Positions 26,749 through 40,121 are shown, counted from the first letter of the stretch. The stretch: DNA of 64,000 bases from Octopus vulgaris (GCA_951406725.2 OX597822.1:64108001-64172000), one strand, 5' to 3'. Numbers and translations are program-made. Notes: a model not told the origin generated them from the sequence alone.

Positions 26749-28270
26749 CTATTTATATGAGTGAAAGGTGTGTCTTTTCCAGTGTAAACACCTGTAGGAT
26801 CTTTCGACGATTGTGTTTATTAAAGGGCCTTTGGCGAACAAAATATGAAAAAGTTCGGAATTACAGATGCCACAAAATTTTCTGCCTTTATCAAACGGGA
26901 AGGACACCGACAAAATGGACCATTCGAGCTTGAACGTAGTGTTATTGTTCTTCAGACGCCAGACTAATTTGCTTAGCCCCGTGCTGTGTTGCTTTCTCTT
27001 ATCTCTGAAAGTGGAATAATGGTTGGAGATCCTTTGGGATAATTTAGAAGAGGTTCCGCCAATATAGAAGTAGACATCGGTTCCAGAAGAGATTTTGCAT
27101 TGGTAAGTGGTGTTTCTAATTTTGGAATTTTTGGATAAGAACTTTCATCTGTTGGGGTTGGTTTCCGATACTAAGACAGAGTTTTTATTGTTGTGGTAGG
27201 TGTAAAAATTGTTGCTGGCTTTGGCCACGATACTATTCATCTTATTATCATTACTATTAGTCGTAATATCGTCGGCAAATTCCCTGGCTATAGGAATGCT
27301 GTGATTGTTATCATCAATAATATAACTGTTATTAAGAATGCTGGTACTATTACCACTAACACCACCACTGTTAATAATCTGGCTAATGTTATTATCATTA
27401 TTACTATTGCTAACGCTAATGCTGCTATGAATGTTGCTAATATCCATACTACTTCTATTATTATTATTATTGTATGTTACGTTGGAATGGGTAAGGGCGG
27501 TGTCGCTACTCATGGGTGGAGAGACCCTATTTAGCAGCTTATTATTGTGGGAAGCTATTATCTGCGAAAGATTTTTAGTATTTGAGAATGCTATTCTTAC
27601 TTTATGCGAATTTATAGTGGAGTAGTATCTAGGATTCCTAGGAAAATTCTTAGTAACGGCTTCACGGAATTGTAAAGGGAGATTAGACCTGATTTGTCTC
27701 CCGAAAGGAATCACAAACCAGATATAGTTTTTTTTGTTCTTGGAATGGCTGCGAGTGTTGACATTTACATTAAAGGGTATATTTCTGTGTTGTAGAATGG
27801 GTTTAGGTTTACGCTGGCCTCCCCTGGTCCGTAAGTTATTATTGTAAACTATATATTTGTGTCGACGTTGCTAGAGCTGAAATCACTATTCATGTTATTT
27901 ATATTATTATTAGAAGTTATCTTATCTTGATGGGCAGATCTTAGTTTAGGATGGGCCGGATCGATATATGATACCTTATCCCTATAACCGGCCTTTGACA
28001 AGGCGGCATTATAAAATTCTGCTTTCTGTTTAAAAATGTCGACATTTGCTGATAACTTAGATAGTCTTAAGGATATATTTTAAACCAAATTATCAGTGAT
28101 AGTTTTTGCATGGTTACTGAAAATACTGACATATTTTAGGCTCGTAGACGGCTTATGGTAAGGGAAGTAAGAATTATTATGCAAATTTAGGGTAACATCT
28201 AAGAAATTGGCCTTAGTTAGTTCGTTGTCAAAAATTATGCTCATGCCCATCCTGCTGAAAAATCTAACTA
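26749..28270 (-). pseudogene. Disrupted PLE ORF (RT thumb, linker, GIY-YIG)
   Basis: Stops at 28080 (TAA) and 27145 (TGA), frameshift near 27850; frame is continuous from 27714 through the TGA into the GIY-YIG domain. Confidence 0.85.
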
Positions 28271-29600
28271 ATCTATTTTCCACTTTTTATTGATGTCTTC
28301 TCTGAAGTCGTGTTCGAAGACTTTCCCTATTTCATCGTATAGTTTGTTCTCCAGGAAACCCATCACCAGGTTGGCATATGAAGGTGCGAATTTTGTACCC
28401 ATGGCCGTGCCCTTTATCTGTCGGTATGTCTTGTTGTTGAATGAGAATGTATTTTCTTCGAGTATTAATTGGGTGGCTTGGGTGATAAAGTTTGTCTTGA
28501 AGCGTTTGTCTATAAGTTCTCTGTATTTTTCTATTGATTGTTTTATTGCTTCTAGACCTAGGGCGTGTGGTATATTTGTGTATAAATTTGTGACATTAAA
28601 GCTTGCAAGTATGGTGTTTTTCGGGACTGTATTTAGAATGTGTGTGAGGAAGTCTATGTCATCTCTTATGTAGCTTGGTATCTGTGGGCATAAAGGTTTG
28701 AGGAGTACATCTATGAAGTGGCTTAGTTGTTGTGTTGGTGCCTGGGGTCCTGTCACTATTGGTCTCATTGTGAGGTCTGCAGGCCTTTGTATTCTTATAT
28801 AGTGGTTCCTCTGTTCCTTTATGGCTCTCTGTATTTCAGGGCTTTTATGAATTTTAGGTAATCCATAAAAATTGCTTTCTTTGGTTCTTGAGTTGCATAG
28901 ATAGTCTTTCTCCTTATCTGTAAAGGAGTCCTGGTATTTATTGACTAAAGTTCTAATTTTTTTTATTGTTGCTTTCTCCGGTGGTGTTGGTTCCTCTTTA
29001 TAGTATGTCTGGTTGTTCAGTAACTCCAGTATCTTTTCTTTGTAGTAATCTGTATCCATAATAACTATTGCTCCACCTTTGTCAGCTTCTTTTATAATGA
29101 TTGACTTGTCATTTTTCAGTTTTTGTAAGGTTTGTTTTTTTCCTCTGCGGAGATTCTGTTTGCATTTTGTGTGTGTTGAGAGGGAATTTGGATATTGTCT
29201 CTATGTATGCGTCAAGGTGTTTGTCACTTCCCTTGTAAGGGGTGAAATGGGATTTGTTTCTTATGATTGAGTTATCTTCTGTTTCTTTATTTTCAAAGAA
29301 TTCCATAAGGCGGAGGTGGCGGCTGAAGTTGTCTATATCAGTTTTTAGTTCTATGAGGTTTGGAGTGGGTGCAGGTGTAAATTTGAGGCCTTTTAGTAGT
29401 AGGTTCATTTCATTTTCGTTAAGTTCTCTTTTGGATAAGTTTATTATTTTGGGGTTCATGTGTTTTGTGAGTTCATCCGGAATTTTTGGTGTATTGGGTC
29501 TGGAGTATGGTTGAAGTATCCTCTCCCTAAAAAAGGGGTTGTGTTGTTGCGTCTCCAAATTCCATTTTCAGTTCTTAGCTTTTCTTGTAGTAGTAGGGGT
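28268..29600 (-). pseudogene. Penelope-like RT, N-terminal half (a different PLE family)
   Basis: IINLSKRELNENE..LL.KGLKFTP; KEADKGGAIVIMD; FYGLPKIHK; MRPIV; FNVTNLYTNIP; YRQIKGTAMGTKFAPSYANL; breaks off just before YxDD. Confidence 0.93.
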
Positions 29601-29778
29601 GGTCTGTGTGGTCTGTATGTGTTGTTTTGTCTTTGGTAGTTGCTTTCTTCCCATCTTCTGTGTTTGTTGAGCCAATATCTATTACTGGGGTTCAGGTTTC
29701 TTTGTGGGTAGGTGGATGGTTCATGTATTGTGTTTGTATTGTATTGATAGAGGAAGTTGTTTTTTATCTATCTTGTAA

Positions 29779-29867
<89 letters not shown>

Positions 29868-30121
29868 TATTATAGTAGGCACGTGAAAGTAGGCATGTTA
29901 ATAAACAAACATTTTGATAATTTAGAATATGCTTGGGATATATTTGACTTGTAAAAAGGCCGTTGTCATAGCGGTTTGCCATTGAAAAAAGTTCTCTTTT
30001 AAAACAACAGGTGTTAAAAACACCAACAGCCGTTTCACGTTACTCTTTTGAAATATATTCTGTTGCTGTCGCTTTCTTCTTGTGTGTCTCTCACGCTCCT
30101 TATTTCTCTATTTCACTGTTT

Positions 30122-30184
<63 letters not shown>

Positions 30185-30757
30185 AAAATTAAATGAAGAT
30201 TGTGGGGGAAAAGAACAGGGTTTGTCGTTATGTAACCCTATTTTCGAAACTGTATTTTGCAGGTATTACCACTCCCTTACAACTTTATGCATCCCCCCCC
30301 CCCCCAGTTCAACTCCATCTTAATTTTCTGTCTTTTATTTTTTCTTTCTCTACAGAAAATAAGGTGTGGCTTGAGGAAAATTTGGCTCTTATTTCTCGAA
30401 ATAAATGATATGGAAAAACTTGCCTATGTGGTAGCGTACATGTATAGCTTTGTGGGTCTGCATTCTGTAGTTGTTAAATACAAGGCGAACATATGCGAAC
30501 AAACAATTCATACACCTCACACTTACTCACACACACATACACACATACGCACATACACAATACACAGAAACACACACACGCACACACACACACACACACA
30601 CAGACACGCACACAGATACATACGTGTATGTATGTATGTATTATGTATGTGTGTATGTATGCTTGTAGCATTATTCAAAAGCTAAAACGATGCGAAGCGC
30701 ATTGTGACCAGCGATGTATGACAACATTCGATAGTCTGGTTGATCACGTGATGACCT

Positions 30758-30816
<59 letters not shown>

Positions 30817-31418
30817 CGTGTGTGTGTATATCTATGTACGTATGCATTGCATCTACATATGTATATATATATCTACCTACCTATGTATGTTTGTACGTAG
30901 CTGGCTTTTGCGCATGACTTCACTAAAAGTTGGAAAGATATCAGCTTGATATATATTGTCAGAAGTCAATGATATAAAACAACCTTTGGAGGCCATTTAT
31001 ATGTGTGTAAAGGTATATAGGGTATATCTTTAGATATGTCACAGCTGATAGAATATTAATGCTAAATATAGTTAAGTGGCGAAAATGTTGTTTTTTTTCG
31101 TTAGAAAAATATCGTAGGACATTTTCGAGCAATACAAAGTCTATAATCGTCTGAAATATTTACTGCTTTGACAGCCAGAACATAATAAATGTGTAACCAT
31201 TTATTTGCTTATTTATTTATTTATTTTATTTATTTATTTATTTATTTATTTATTCATTTATTTATTTACTTTAATGGTTTGGTATAGAAGGCAAGTCGTA
31301 CACATGGTCTTGCAGGCTTTCCGGTACGGCTGAGGTTGACGTAGTTGATGTTCTTCCCAGCCGCGAGAGAAAATGAAGTAAGAAGTCAGACTCTGGAGTC
31401 GAATAGTATCGACTAACT

Positions 31419-32183
31419 CAGAGCCAGATTAAAACCCATCGAGGCCCTAAGCACTTAAAACATTTTGGTGCCCCCCATAAAAGATTATGTAATTCAAAAT
31501 ATAAACAATAACAAACCGTAAAATAAATTTCTATTTTTCAAAGCGAAACAAAACAGTAAGAGGGAAAATAATGTTTATTTTTGTATGCTTCCACTTTATT
31601 TATATCAGAAGAGTGTGAAGGTGCGTGGCTTAGAGGTTAGGGGCATTTGGCTCATGATCGAATGGTCGTGAGTTCAATTCTCGGCGGCGCGTTGTGTCCT
31701 TGAGCAAGACATTTATTTCACGTTGCACCAGTCCACTCAGCTGGCAAAAATGAGTAGTACCTGTATTTCAAAGGGCCAGCCTTGTCACACAGTATCACGC
31801 TGAATCTCCCCGAGAACTACGTTAAGGATATACGTGTCTGTAGAGTGCTCAGCCACTTGCACGTTAATTTCACGAGCAAGTTGTTCCGTTGATCGTATCA
31901 GCTGGGACCCCCGTCGTTGCAACCGACGGTGTGCTCCTTATCAGAAGAGTTTCCTCCTACTATTTTGAATTGCAAATTCTTTGATCAGATCCTCAAAATT
32001 AATCTTAGGTAACACACCTGCATCTATACTTAGTAGAGATAAAGGCATCCTGAATATTATTTTACCAAATTCAAAGTGATTTTTTTAGTGCCGTAAACCA
32101 TTTACCATTTCTGTGGTGCACCCCCACCTCCCCTTGATGCTCTAAGCACGTGCTTATTTTACTTAATGGTTAATCCAGCGCTG
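31419..32183 (-). mobile_element. Non-autonomous hAT element with transposase C-terminal remnant
   Basis: TIRs cagagccagattaa / ttaatccagcgctg; 8-bp flanks gactaact/gattaacc; minus frame LSLLSIDAGVLPKINFEDLIKEFAIQNSRRKLF* at ~31941-32043. Confidence 0.8.
31615..31938 (+). mobile_element. tRNA-derived SINE family C, full length with TSD
   Basis: Box A TGGCTTAGAGG, box B GAGTTCAATTC; TSD tatcagaagagt at 31603-31614 and 31939-31950. Confidence 0.92.
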
Positions 32184-32244
32184 GATTAACCTCATCTACT
32201 CAAAATTGTTCTTCTGCATTAACTAGAAACAATTATTATTAAAG

Positions 32245-32460
32245 GCAGGGAATGCCATAATCGTTTGAGCGTCGGATAAACTACTTTGTGACATCGTTCA
32301 GGCTCTTTACGTTCTGTGTTCAAATCTCTCCGAGGTCAACTTTGTCGTTCATCTTTTCTGGCGTCGATAACATGAAGTACCAGTCAAATACTGGAGGTTG
32401 GTGTAACCGACTTACCTCTCATCCAAATTTCAGGTTTCGTGCCTATAGCAGAAAGGGTTA
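32245..32460 (+). mobile_element. Old SINE family B copy
   Basis: tttacgttctgtgttcaaat...gaggtcaactttgtcgttcatc...gtcgataa...aagtaccag. Confidence 0.7.
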
Positions 32461-32474
32461 TTATGCGCGCGCAA

Positions 32475-32589
<115 letters not shown>

Positions 32590-33357
32590 TCCGCGTGTGT
32601 GTGTGTGATTATGTGTGTGTGTATGTGTGCGTGCTTGTGTATATGTCTGTGTATATGAGAGAGAGAAAGAGTCCGTGTGTACGTGTGTGTGTGTGTGTGT
32701 TGTGTGTGTGTGTGTGTGTGCGTGTTTGTGTATATGTGTGTGTATGTGTGTGTATGCGTGTGTGTATGCGTGTGTATGTGTGTGTGTATGTGTGTGTATG
32801 TGTATGCGTGTGTTTGAGTCAGTGTATATGTGTGCAAGATAAGGAATTGCTATGTCTTTTATCTTTTACTTGTTTCAGTCACCAGACTGCGGCCATGCTG
32901 GGGCACTGCCTTGCATTTCTTCTCTACAGACCGCTTCATGCGTCTTGTAATACTTAGCATTTATCAAGTCTTCTTGGAATCAAGAAGATGTTTTGCTTTG
33001 CCACAGACGAAATCGGAAGGAAAAGAGGAAGAACCTAAGACAATTTCGTAAGATTTGGTTTGCAATAGCTTGACGAAGAATAGGTCCAGTTGAACAGACT
33101 TACTCTAAATATATTGTATAGACATGAGGTTCCGTCGCTACTCTACTGAACCGATTAGCTCTCTCGTGCCACATCATCTTTTATGTAGTTTTGCTGTACA
33201 AGAAAATCTTAATTCTCACGAGAGAAAGCTTACCTATTAATTTGTAATTTTTTTTCTTATTTTTTTTTACTATTTTCCGTTATTACTTCATCTAACTTAA
33301 ACGCAAAAATCGTGTCATTTTACTTCCACAGAAAAGACAACCACAACATTAGAAATC

Positions 33358-33410
33358 AACATCATCATCATCATCATCATCAACAACATCATCATCAAAA
33401 TCATCATTAG

Positions 33411-33472
<62 letters not shown>

Positions 33473-33500
33473 ACATCATCATCATCATCATCATCATTAG

Positions 33501-33538
<38 letters not shown>

Positions 33539-33540
33539 AC
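33358..33540. repeat. (CAT)n microsatellite
   Basis: Directly visible; gives poly-D and poly-M pseudo-ORFs. Confidence 0.98.
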
Positions 33541-33989
33541 AACAATAACAACATCGGCGGTAGCAGCAAGGTCAGCGACAAGAAGAACAGCAGCAGCAGC
33601 AGCAGCAGCAGCAACGAAAATAATTATAAGATTTTCTTTAAAAGAAATCAATGTTTTTAAATAAAAAAAATGAGATCTGGGTCTGAAATATGTTCCGCAT
33701 TTTGCTTTTTTACTTTTTGCATTCTATTTTTGGCTTCGATTTCCATAAAATTGTGATGAACATTTTCGTTAACAAAATTTTTATTTCTTTTTCTTTCTTT
33801 CTTAATTCCAGCGTCAATATTCTAACTTGTTTTATGCTGTTGTTTTTATCGAAGAAAGAAAGAAAAAAAAAGTTCCCCGGGGACTGTATTTCTGTAAATC
33901 ACACATTTCTATTTTTGACATAATAACCGGCATCACGTTCATCTTCTTTCTTCTCAGAACAATGGACAATGCACCTTGTAACATTTACC

Positions 33990-34350
33990 TACGGTTCTTT
34001 ACGTTCCGAGTTCGAATCCCACCGGGGTAAATGAGATAAAGTACTTGTCAAGGACCGGGGTCGATTTAATAAGTAACTCATCCTCAAAATTTCTTGCGCC
34101 GAACCTATGTAAGAAATTATAAATGGGTGGCGAGCTCATAAATCCTTTAGTGCGTCGACCAAATTGTTCTGTACTATTTTTCCGGCTCGTTATAATTTAA
34201 GTTCACATTCTTTTGATGTCAACTTTGCCCTTCATCCGACCAGATTCGACAAAATGAAGTACCAGTCAGACTCTGGAGTCGAATAGTATCGACTAACCCC
34301 ATCCATTCAAAGTTTCTGGTTTTGTGCCTAAATTAGAAACCATTATTATT
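33990..34350 (+). mobile_element. Two old SINE family B copies
   Basis: Degenerate ttacgttccgagttcgaatccc and gtcaactttgcccttcatcc...aagtaccag blocks. Confidence 0.6.
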
Positions 34351-34355
34351 AAAGA

Positions 34356-34468
34356 GTGGAGGCACATGGCCTAGTGGTTAGAACAGCGGACTTGCGGTCG
34401 AGGGATCGCGGGTTTGAATCTCAGACCGGGCGATGTGTGTATTTATGAGCGAAACACCTAGCTCCGCG
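34356..34468 (+). mobile_element. tRNA-like SINE head (family D)
   Basis: Box A TGGCCTAGTGG, box B GGTTTGAATCT; no proper acceptor stem; followed by a SINE-like body. Confidence 0.7.
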
Positions 34469-34545
34469 AGAAAGAGTGGGGTAAGCTAATGCTAATTCTA
34501 TGATCGGAATATTACTGTAGCGAATTCTTGTGAACTTCCTCTCTC

Positions 34546-34613
<68 letters not shown>

Positions 34614-34827
34614 CAATAATAAATCTCTGAGCGAGGTATACACAGTAGCTGCACGACATCGTGAAGTATATTTGCCACTTAAATGTGGCTAACCCTTAAG
34701 GGTTGATGCTACTGTAGCTTGTAGCCCCAGGAAGACATCTCTTCCAGCTGGCTATTGACGCACTTTCTGTGCCCTATCAGTATTTGCAAAGGGAAGTCAT
34801 CCTTCCCATCTCCAGCTTGACGTGATA

Positions 34828-34872
34828 CACACGGACCCGGGTTTCTGAATATTGACCCGTCATCAGCGTGTG
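34828..34872 (-). ncRNA. Minimal type I hammerhead ribozyme
   Basis: Minus strand: cacacg-CTGATGA-cgggt-caat-attca-GAAA-cccggg-TC-cgtgtg; perfect 6-bp stem I, palindromic stem III, GUC site. Confidence 0.85.
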
Positions 34873-35081
34873 ACAATCACCGGTTGTTGATGTGAAGTAC
34901 TATCCCGATGCAAAAATATATATCCTTTTTCCACGATGTTGTGCAGCTGCTGTGTATACATCGCTCAGAGATTTATTATTGCTTATTTACACTTTTTCGA
35001 TATCAGTGACTTTTCGTCACTGGAAAAAGGATATATGTATTTTCATCGGGATAACACTTCCCATCGACAACCGGAGATTGT

Positions 35082-35126
35082 CACACGCTGATGACGGGTC
35101 AATACCCAGAAACCCAGGCCCGTGTG
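35082..35126 (+). ncRNA. Hammerhead ribozyme copy with mutated cleavage triplet
   Basis: cacacg-CTGATGA-cgggt-caat-accca-GAAA-cccagg-CC-cgtgtg (GUC changed to GCC). Confidence 0.75.
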
Positions 35127-36074
35127 TATCACGTCAGGTTGAATATAGGAAGGATGACTTCCGTTTTCAAATACTGATAGGGCACAGAAAGTGTGTCAAT
35201 GGCCAGCTGGAGGAGGTGTCCTCCTGGGGTTACAAGCTACAGTAGCATCCACCCATATATTTATATATATACACATACATACGAACATAGCAGGTAACAG
35301 CTAACCTTTGGGCGCTGTTTTGGATCCCTATGTGTCTACCACTCTGTCTGGTTGGTATTGGTGCAATTTGTCTCTTACTCTATAGAACGCCAATATGCAA
35401 CCTAACCAATCGCAACCGCCGAATAGATCACGTGAGACAGTCTGTTCTAAACTCCATTTGAGCTTACCGTTAGCTATAGAAACTCACCTCCTCCTAGTCT
35501 CGGAGTCTGTTGGTTCCAGACCTTGTGACGTCTAACCACTGATCACATTACAACGACCTCCATCTTCGTCGTCACCATCATGTCTCTCACCAACTTCGTC
35601 AACAACATCTGTACACAGCACCGACAACGCAGCACAGGTTCTAAGATATCGCCGTTCGTAAGCTTCTCACCAGGGTTAACAGCAAACATACAACCCACGC
35701 AGATGCATGTAGATATATGAATAAATGTCCATCAACCACTTCCATTTATCATTCAGCTTGTGTATATATGCGTGTGGCCGGCATTAAAGACATTTAAAGT
35801 TACCACCTTGTTCCATGTATTTATTTATACCGTGTTCCTATCAACTGATATTACAGCCTTCTGAGTAGAGTCACATTAGATGGAATGCAGCCTATCCGTC
35901 TATATTGCTATACATGCAGATCATATTATTGGTCATTGTGATATTGTAATACAGACATCATCCTCTCTAACCTATTATGTTATCAAAATAATATAACAAC
36001 GACATGTATATAAATGATATTTACCACATGAACTATGATGAAAATGTACAAGAAAGATATGGTATATAATATTT

Positions 36075-36149
36075 TTTGTGCAGGGGTTCCTTGAGACATG
36101 TAATTTATTTTAAGGGTTACGCAAAGTTAAAAAGGTTGAGAAAGACTGG
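36075..36149. mobile_element. hAT (Charlie-like) terminal fragment
   Basis: ggggttcc...aagggtt...aaaaaggttgagaaagactg resembles a Charlie-type TIR end. Confidence 0.4.
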
Positions 36150-36584
36150 AAGATGATGGAATTGAATTCTGATGTTATTATAATTAGATATGAAGATATC
36201 CATCATGACCACACTGTTAGAAGTAATGGTGTAGGCTTCGCATTAATATTCAGAAATGATTACAGCTAGAAATATTTTCTGCATAATCTCGAATAATTAC
36301 CAAATGTTGATGAACAAGTTTAAATAAACATTGATTCGTCATTTTCTTTTCTTTTTTTTTTTAACAAAAACGTAATGACATTACCACCGCAACTGAAGTC
36401 CGGCACAATCACAAAAACGACAAGCAAAAGTATGGTTTCTCAATAATAAATATGTGAGTGTATTAAAGAAACACAAAACGACTGTGGGTGTTTCCGGTGT
36501 TGACTTATGTCACTTCCGGATTCATAACTTATAGAAAACATCTTATTGAATTTCAATAAATAAATAAATGTGTATGTGTGTACG

Positions 36585-36641
<57 letters not shown>

Positions 36642-36687
36642 CACATATACATATACATACATACATATATATATATGTATATATATG

Positions 36688-36740
<53 letters not shown>

Positions 36741-36814
36741 GTATATATATATATGTATGTATGTATGTATGTAAATATATATATATGTATGTATGTAAAT
36801 ATATATATATATGT

Positions 36815-36879
<65 letters not shown>

Positions 36880-37099
36880 AACACACACATATATCTATAT
36901 ATATATGTATATGTATTTAGACGCTAAACAGATTATTGAACAACCACCTGTGTATAAATATAAGCAAACTAACATTTGTTCTATCAGAAGCGCCGAAATA
37001 TGCATTGTACGGTACTAACAAGATATTTTTTTCGAAAGCAGCAATACCGCTAGAACCGCAGAAATAGGGGGGTAAATTACACTTACAAGGCAGAAAAAT

Positions 37100-37210
37100 T
37101 TCATCCTTTCGGGGTCGATAAATTAAGTACCAGTTGTGTACTGAGGTAGATCTAATCGACCGGTCCCCTCCCCCCAAATTTCGGGCCTTGTGCCTAGAGT
37201 AGAAAAGAAT
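37100..37210 (+). mobile_element. SINE family B 3' fragment
   Basis: tttcatcctttcggggtcgataaattaagtaccag. Confidence 0.85.
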
Positions 37211-37639
37211 ACTGTTGGGACGACTAGAAATTGAACAATCGATGTTTTGCAAGGAATCCGTCGTCATTCCCAATGTGGCCATATAGCACATTCGTTCATC
37301 ATCATGATTATCATAATTTTTGTTCGTGTGCTTTGGGTTAACGATCGTCTGTTGCTAGTTATCCGTGACCCTAAAGATGAGTGTACTTACCGTTTTTGAC
37401 CGGCCTTGTTTCTTTTTTTTTTTAAGTCCCGCTGGATACTGGATTACTGTCAACCCACATCGTTAGGGTAGCAGTGTTGACAGCGACCTAGCAGGACAAT
37501 AAATAAATAAATATAAATAAATAAATATAAGGATGCCGGTTTCATAACCGTCAACCCGACTATATAACAGGTGATACTGGATTTCATGTAACATAGGACA
37601 CAGCGCGACTTGGCACAAACATGCACCACGTTCACATCA

Positions 37640-37703
<64 letters not shown>

Positions 37704-37763
37704 GTCTGTCTAGCTGTCTGTCTGCCTGTCTGCCTGCCTGTCTGTCTTCTGCCCGTCCGTCTG

Positions 37764-37858
<95 letters not shown>

Positions 37859-38003
37859 GTCTGTCTGTCTGTCTGTTTGTCTGTGTGTCTGCCTGCCTGT
37901 CTGTCTGTGTGTCTGCCTGCCTGCCTATCTATCTGTCTGTCTGTCTGTCTGCCCGTCCGTCCGTCTGTCTGTATGTCTGTATGTCTGTCTGTTTGTCTGT
38001 TTG

Positions 38004-38056
<53 letters not shown>

Positions 38057-38103
38057 ATATCTATCTATCTATCTATCGATCTATCTATCTATCTATCTAT
38101 CTA
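37640..38103. repeat. (TATC)n/(TGTC)n compound microsatellite
   Basis: Directly visible. Confidence 0.97.
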
Positions 38104-38318
38104 ATTATCCACCTGCATATTTACCTATCTACATACATATATACATATGCACGTGCATACGTACGCGTACACATAAATACACACATTCATTCGTTTAGGG
38201 ATACAAGTATCGAAGTGAGTGACGTCACATAATTTTGGATTCAGTTCCACTGCACGGCACTGTGGGTGTCTTCTACTAACAAACAAGGCTGACCACCGAA
38301 GCTGTGTGGAAACCCGTC

Positions 38319-38377
<59 letters not shown>

Positions 38378-38524
38378 TTTGTCTTTGTGTGTGTGTGATG
38401 ATGTACAGGTATTATATATTAGAAGAAATGAGGTACTCAGAAATCTGGATGGTTTTATGTTTATAGATATTTATTAATATGTTATATATATATATAAATA
38501 TACATACATACATACATACATACA

Positions 38525-38594
<70 letters not shown>

Positions 38595-38674
38595 ATGTCA
38601 ACGAAGTATTTCTTTTAGGCATATCTTTTTTACAGACAGACACACACACACACACATATATGCATGTATATATG

Positions 38675-38705
<31 letters not shown>

Positions 38706-39481
38706 GTATGTATGTATGTATGTATATGTATATATGTGTGTGTATGTGTGTACATATCTATGTGTGTGTGTGTGTGTGTATACTCTCTTTACTCTTTTAT
38801 TTGTTTCAGTCATTTGACTCCAGCCATGCTGGAGGGTCAAACTGCTTAATTATTTAAACAGAAAACAACGGAGACAGACTTCGTGGTGTCTACAATCTGA
38901 TGTAGTTAGTATACGGAACTACTTTTTGCGGCGTGTTTGTTCGACGTACATCACAACACACACTTATAAATAAATACAGAGAGACAGGTTTTGCCCGAAG
39001 AGGTTTCTGCTTCGATAATCTTTCGACTATTTATCACTTCTGATACCACTTCTCGATACTTATTTATCGCTTCTGATATCACCTCCATGAATCACTTAAT
39101 AGCCGGTCGTTGAACATGCGCGAGAGAAAAAGCATAAAACGTCTACTAAACATGGTGTTGCTATGACTATTTAAGCCGTGTCATAGCTGTGATGACAAGT
39201 TAGTAGCAGTAGTCGCAGTAGCAGCCGTAGATGTAGTAATCGTTGTTGCTTAGTCCAGGATCGATCTTCGTAGTGCAGACGTACACATTTTGTGACTGGT
39301 CCATAACTGATTGTACCGCATTCTTTTTCAAGGATAGTGTATCTAGGATTATACTTTCCAGTGTGCACTTCCCATTTTCAAAGGGATTTGACTGCTATTT
39401 CAAGTAGATTGAATGACCACGTAAAGGTTCCCAAATTGACTCCTACCTGGATTAATATTAACGGCTGCAGTAGCAATGGTA

Positions 39482-39517
<36 letters not shown>

Positions 39518-39596
39518 GTAGTAGTAGTAGTATGGTAGTAGTATGGTGGTAGTGGTGGTGATGTTGGTGGTGGTGGTGTGGTGGTAGAAGCAGTTA

Positions 39597-40121
39597 CTGT
39601 AAATCCTCGAGTATAGTCCGCCCTTGAGTATAATACGTAGGGGATTTTTGGTGGGCTGTACTTCTGAAAAACTTAAACCTTGTGTATAATGCGCACCCCC
39701 GTCCCTAACTTGAGTCGTGCGTAATTAATCCAGCAGCACCTAGTCGAACAAACACATTCGCGCATGCGTAATACAATAATGGTGATGTTCTTAACTGTTA
39801 TATGGGAATGTAAATATATTTGCAAATTGTTTTTGTTACATGTTATTCTGTGTTCTGAATACTTTTATTTTAATAAATGTTGCTTACTACAAGATATGGA
39901 TGATTCTTTTATGACTTTATTGTTTTCAGACTTAGCTTAAGGTATTTTCGCGCCCGACATTACAAAATGCGTCTGAATAACCATTGCTGGACAACAAATA
40001 GAGACTCGGACATTGCTTAGAAGATATTTTTTTCATTTTTAACCTCGTATATATTACGCTCTAGGGATTTTGACCGTTAAATTTTGGGAAAAAAATGCGG
40101 ATTATACTCGAGGATTTACGG
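39597..40121. mobile_element. Tc2/pogo-like MITE
   Basis: ~25-bp TIRs c(t/c)gtaaatcctcgagtata(g/a)tccgc; TA on both sides. Confidence 0.88.

Larger units (their letters stand above)
25900..28270 (-). mobile_element. Penelope-like element (Naiad-like), 3' portion with GIY-YIG endonuclease and pLTR
   Basis: NFLDVTLNL...YHKP...YVSIFSNH thumb region; TTYQC...YIGGT..KLSQRISNH...CGICNSE...RCLH endonuclease ending at stop 26749; hammerhead downstream. Confidence 0.9.
34612..35254. mobile_element. PLE-type pLTR structure with nested inverted repeats and two hammerheads
   Basis: Inverted pairs 34612-34663/34932-34983 and 34700-34933/35021-35254; TA-rich flanks. Confidence 0.85.

Noticed and set aside
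34356-34432. Functional tRNA gene
   Set aside because: Boxes A and B are present but the cloverleaf is imperfect and it continues into a SINE body; the same applies to 8208, 31615 and 48284.
37447-37483. ctgtcaac...gttgacag hairpin as a pre-miRNA
   Set aside because: Only 8 bp pair; too short.
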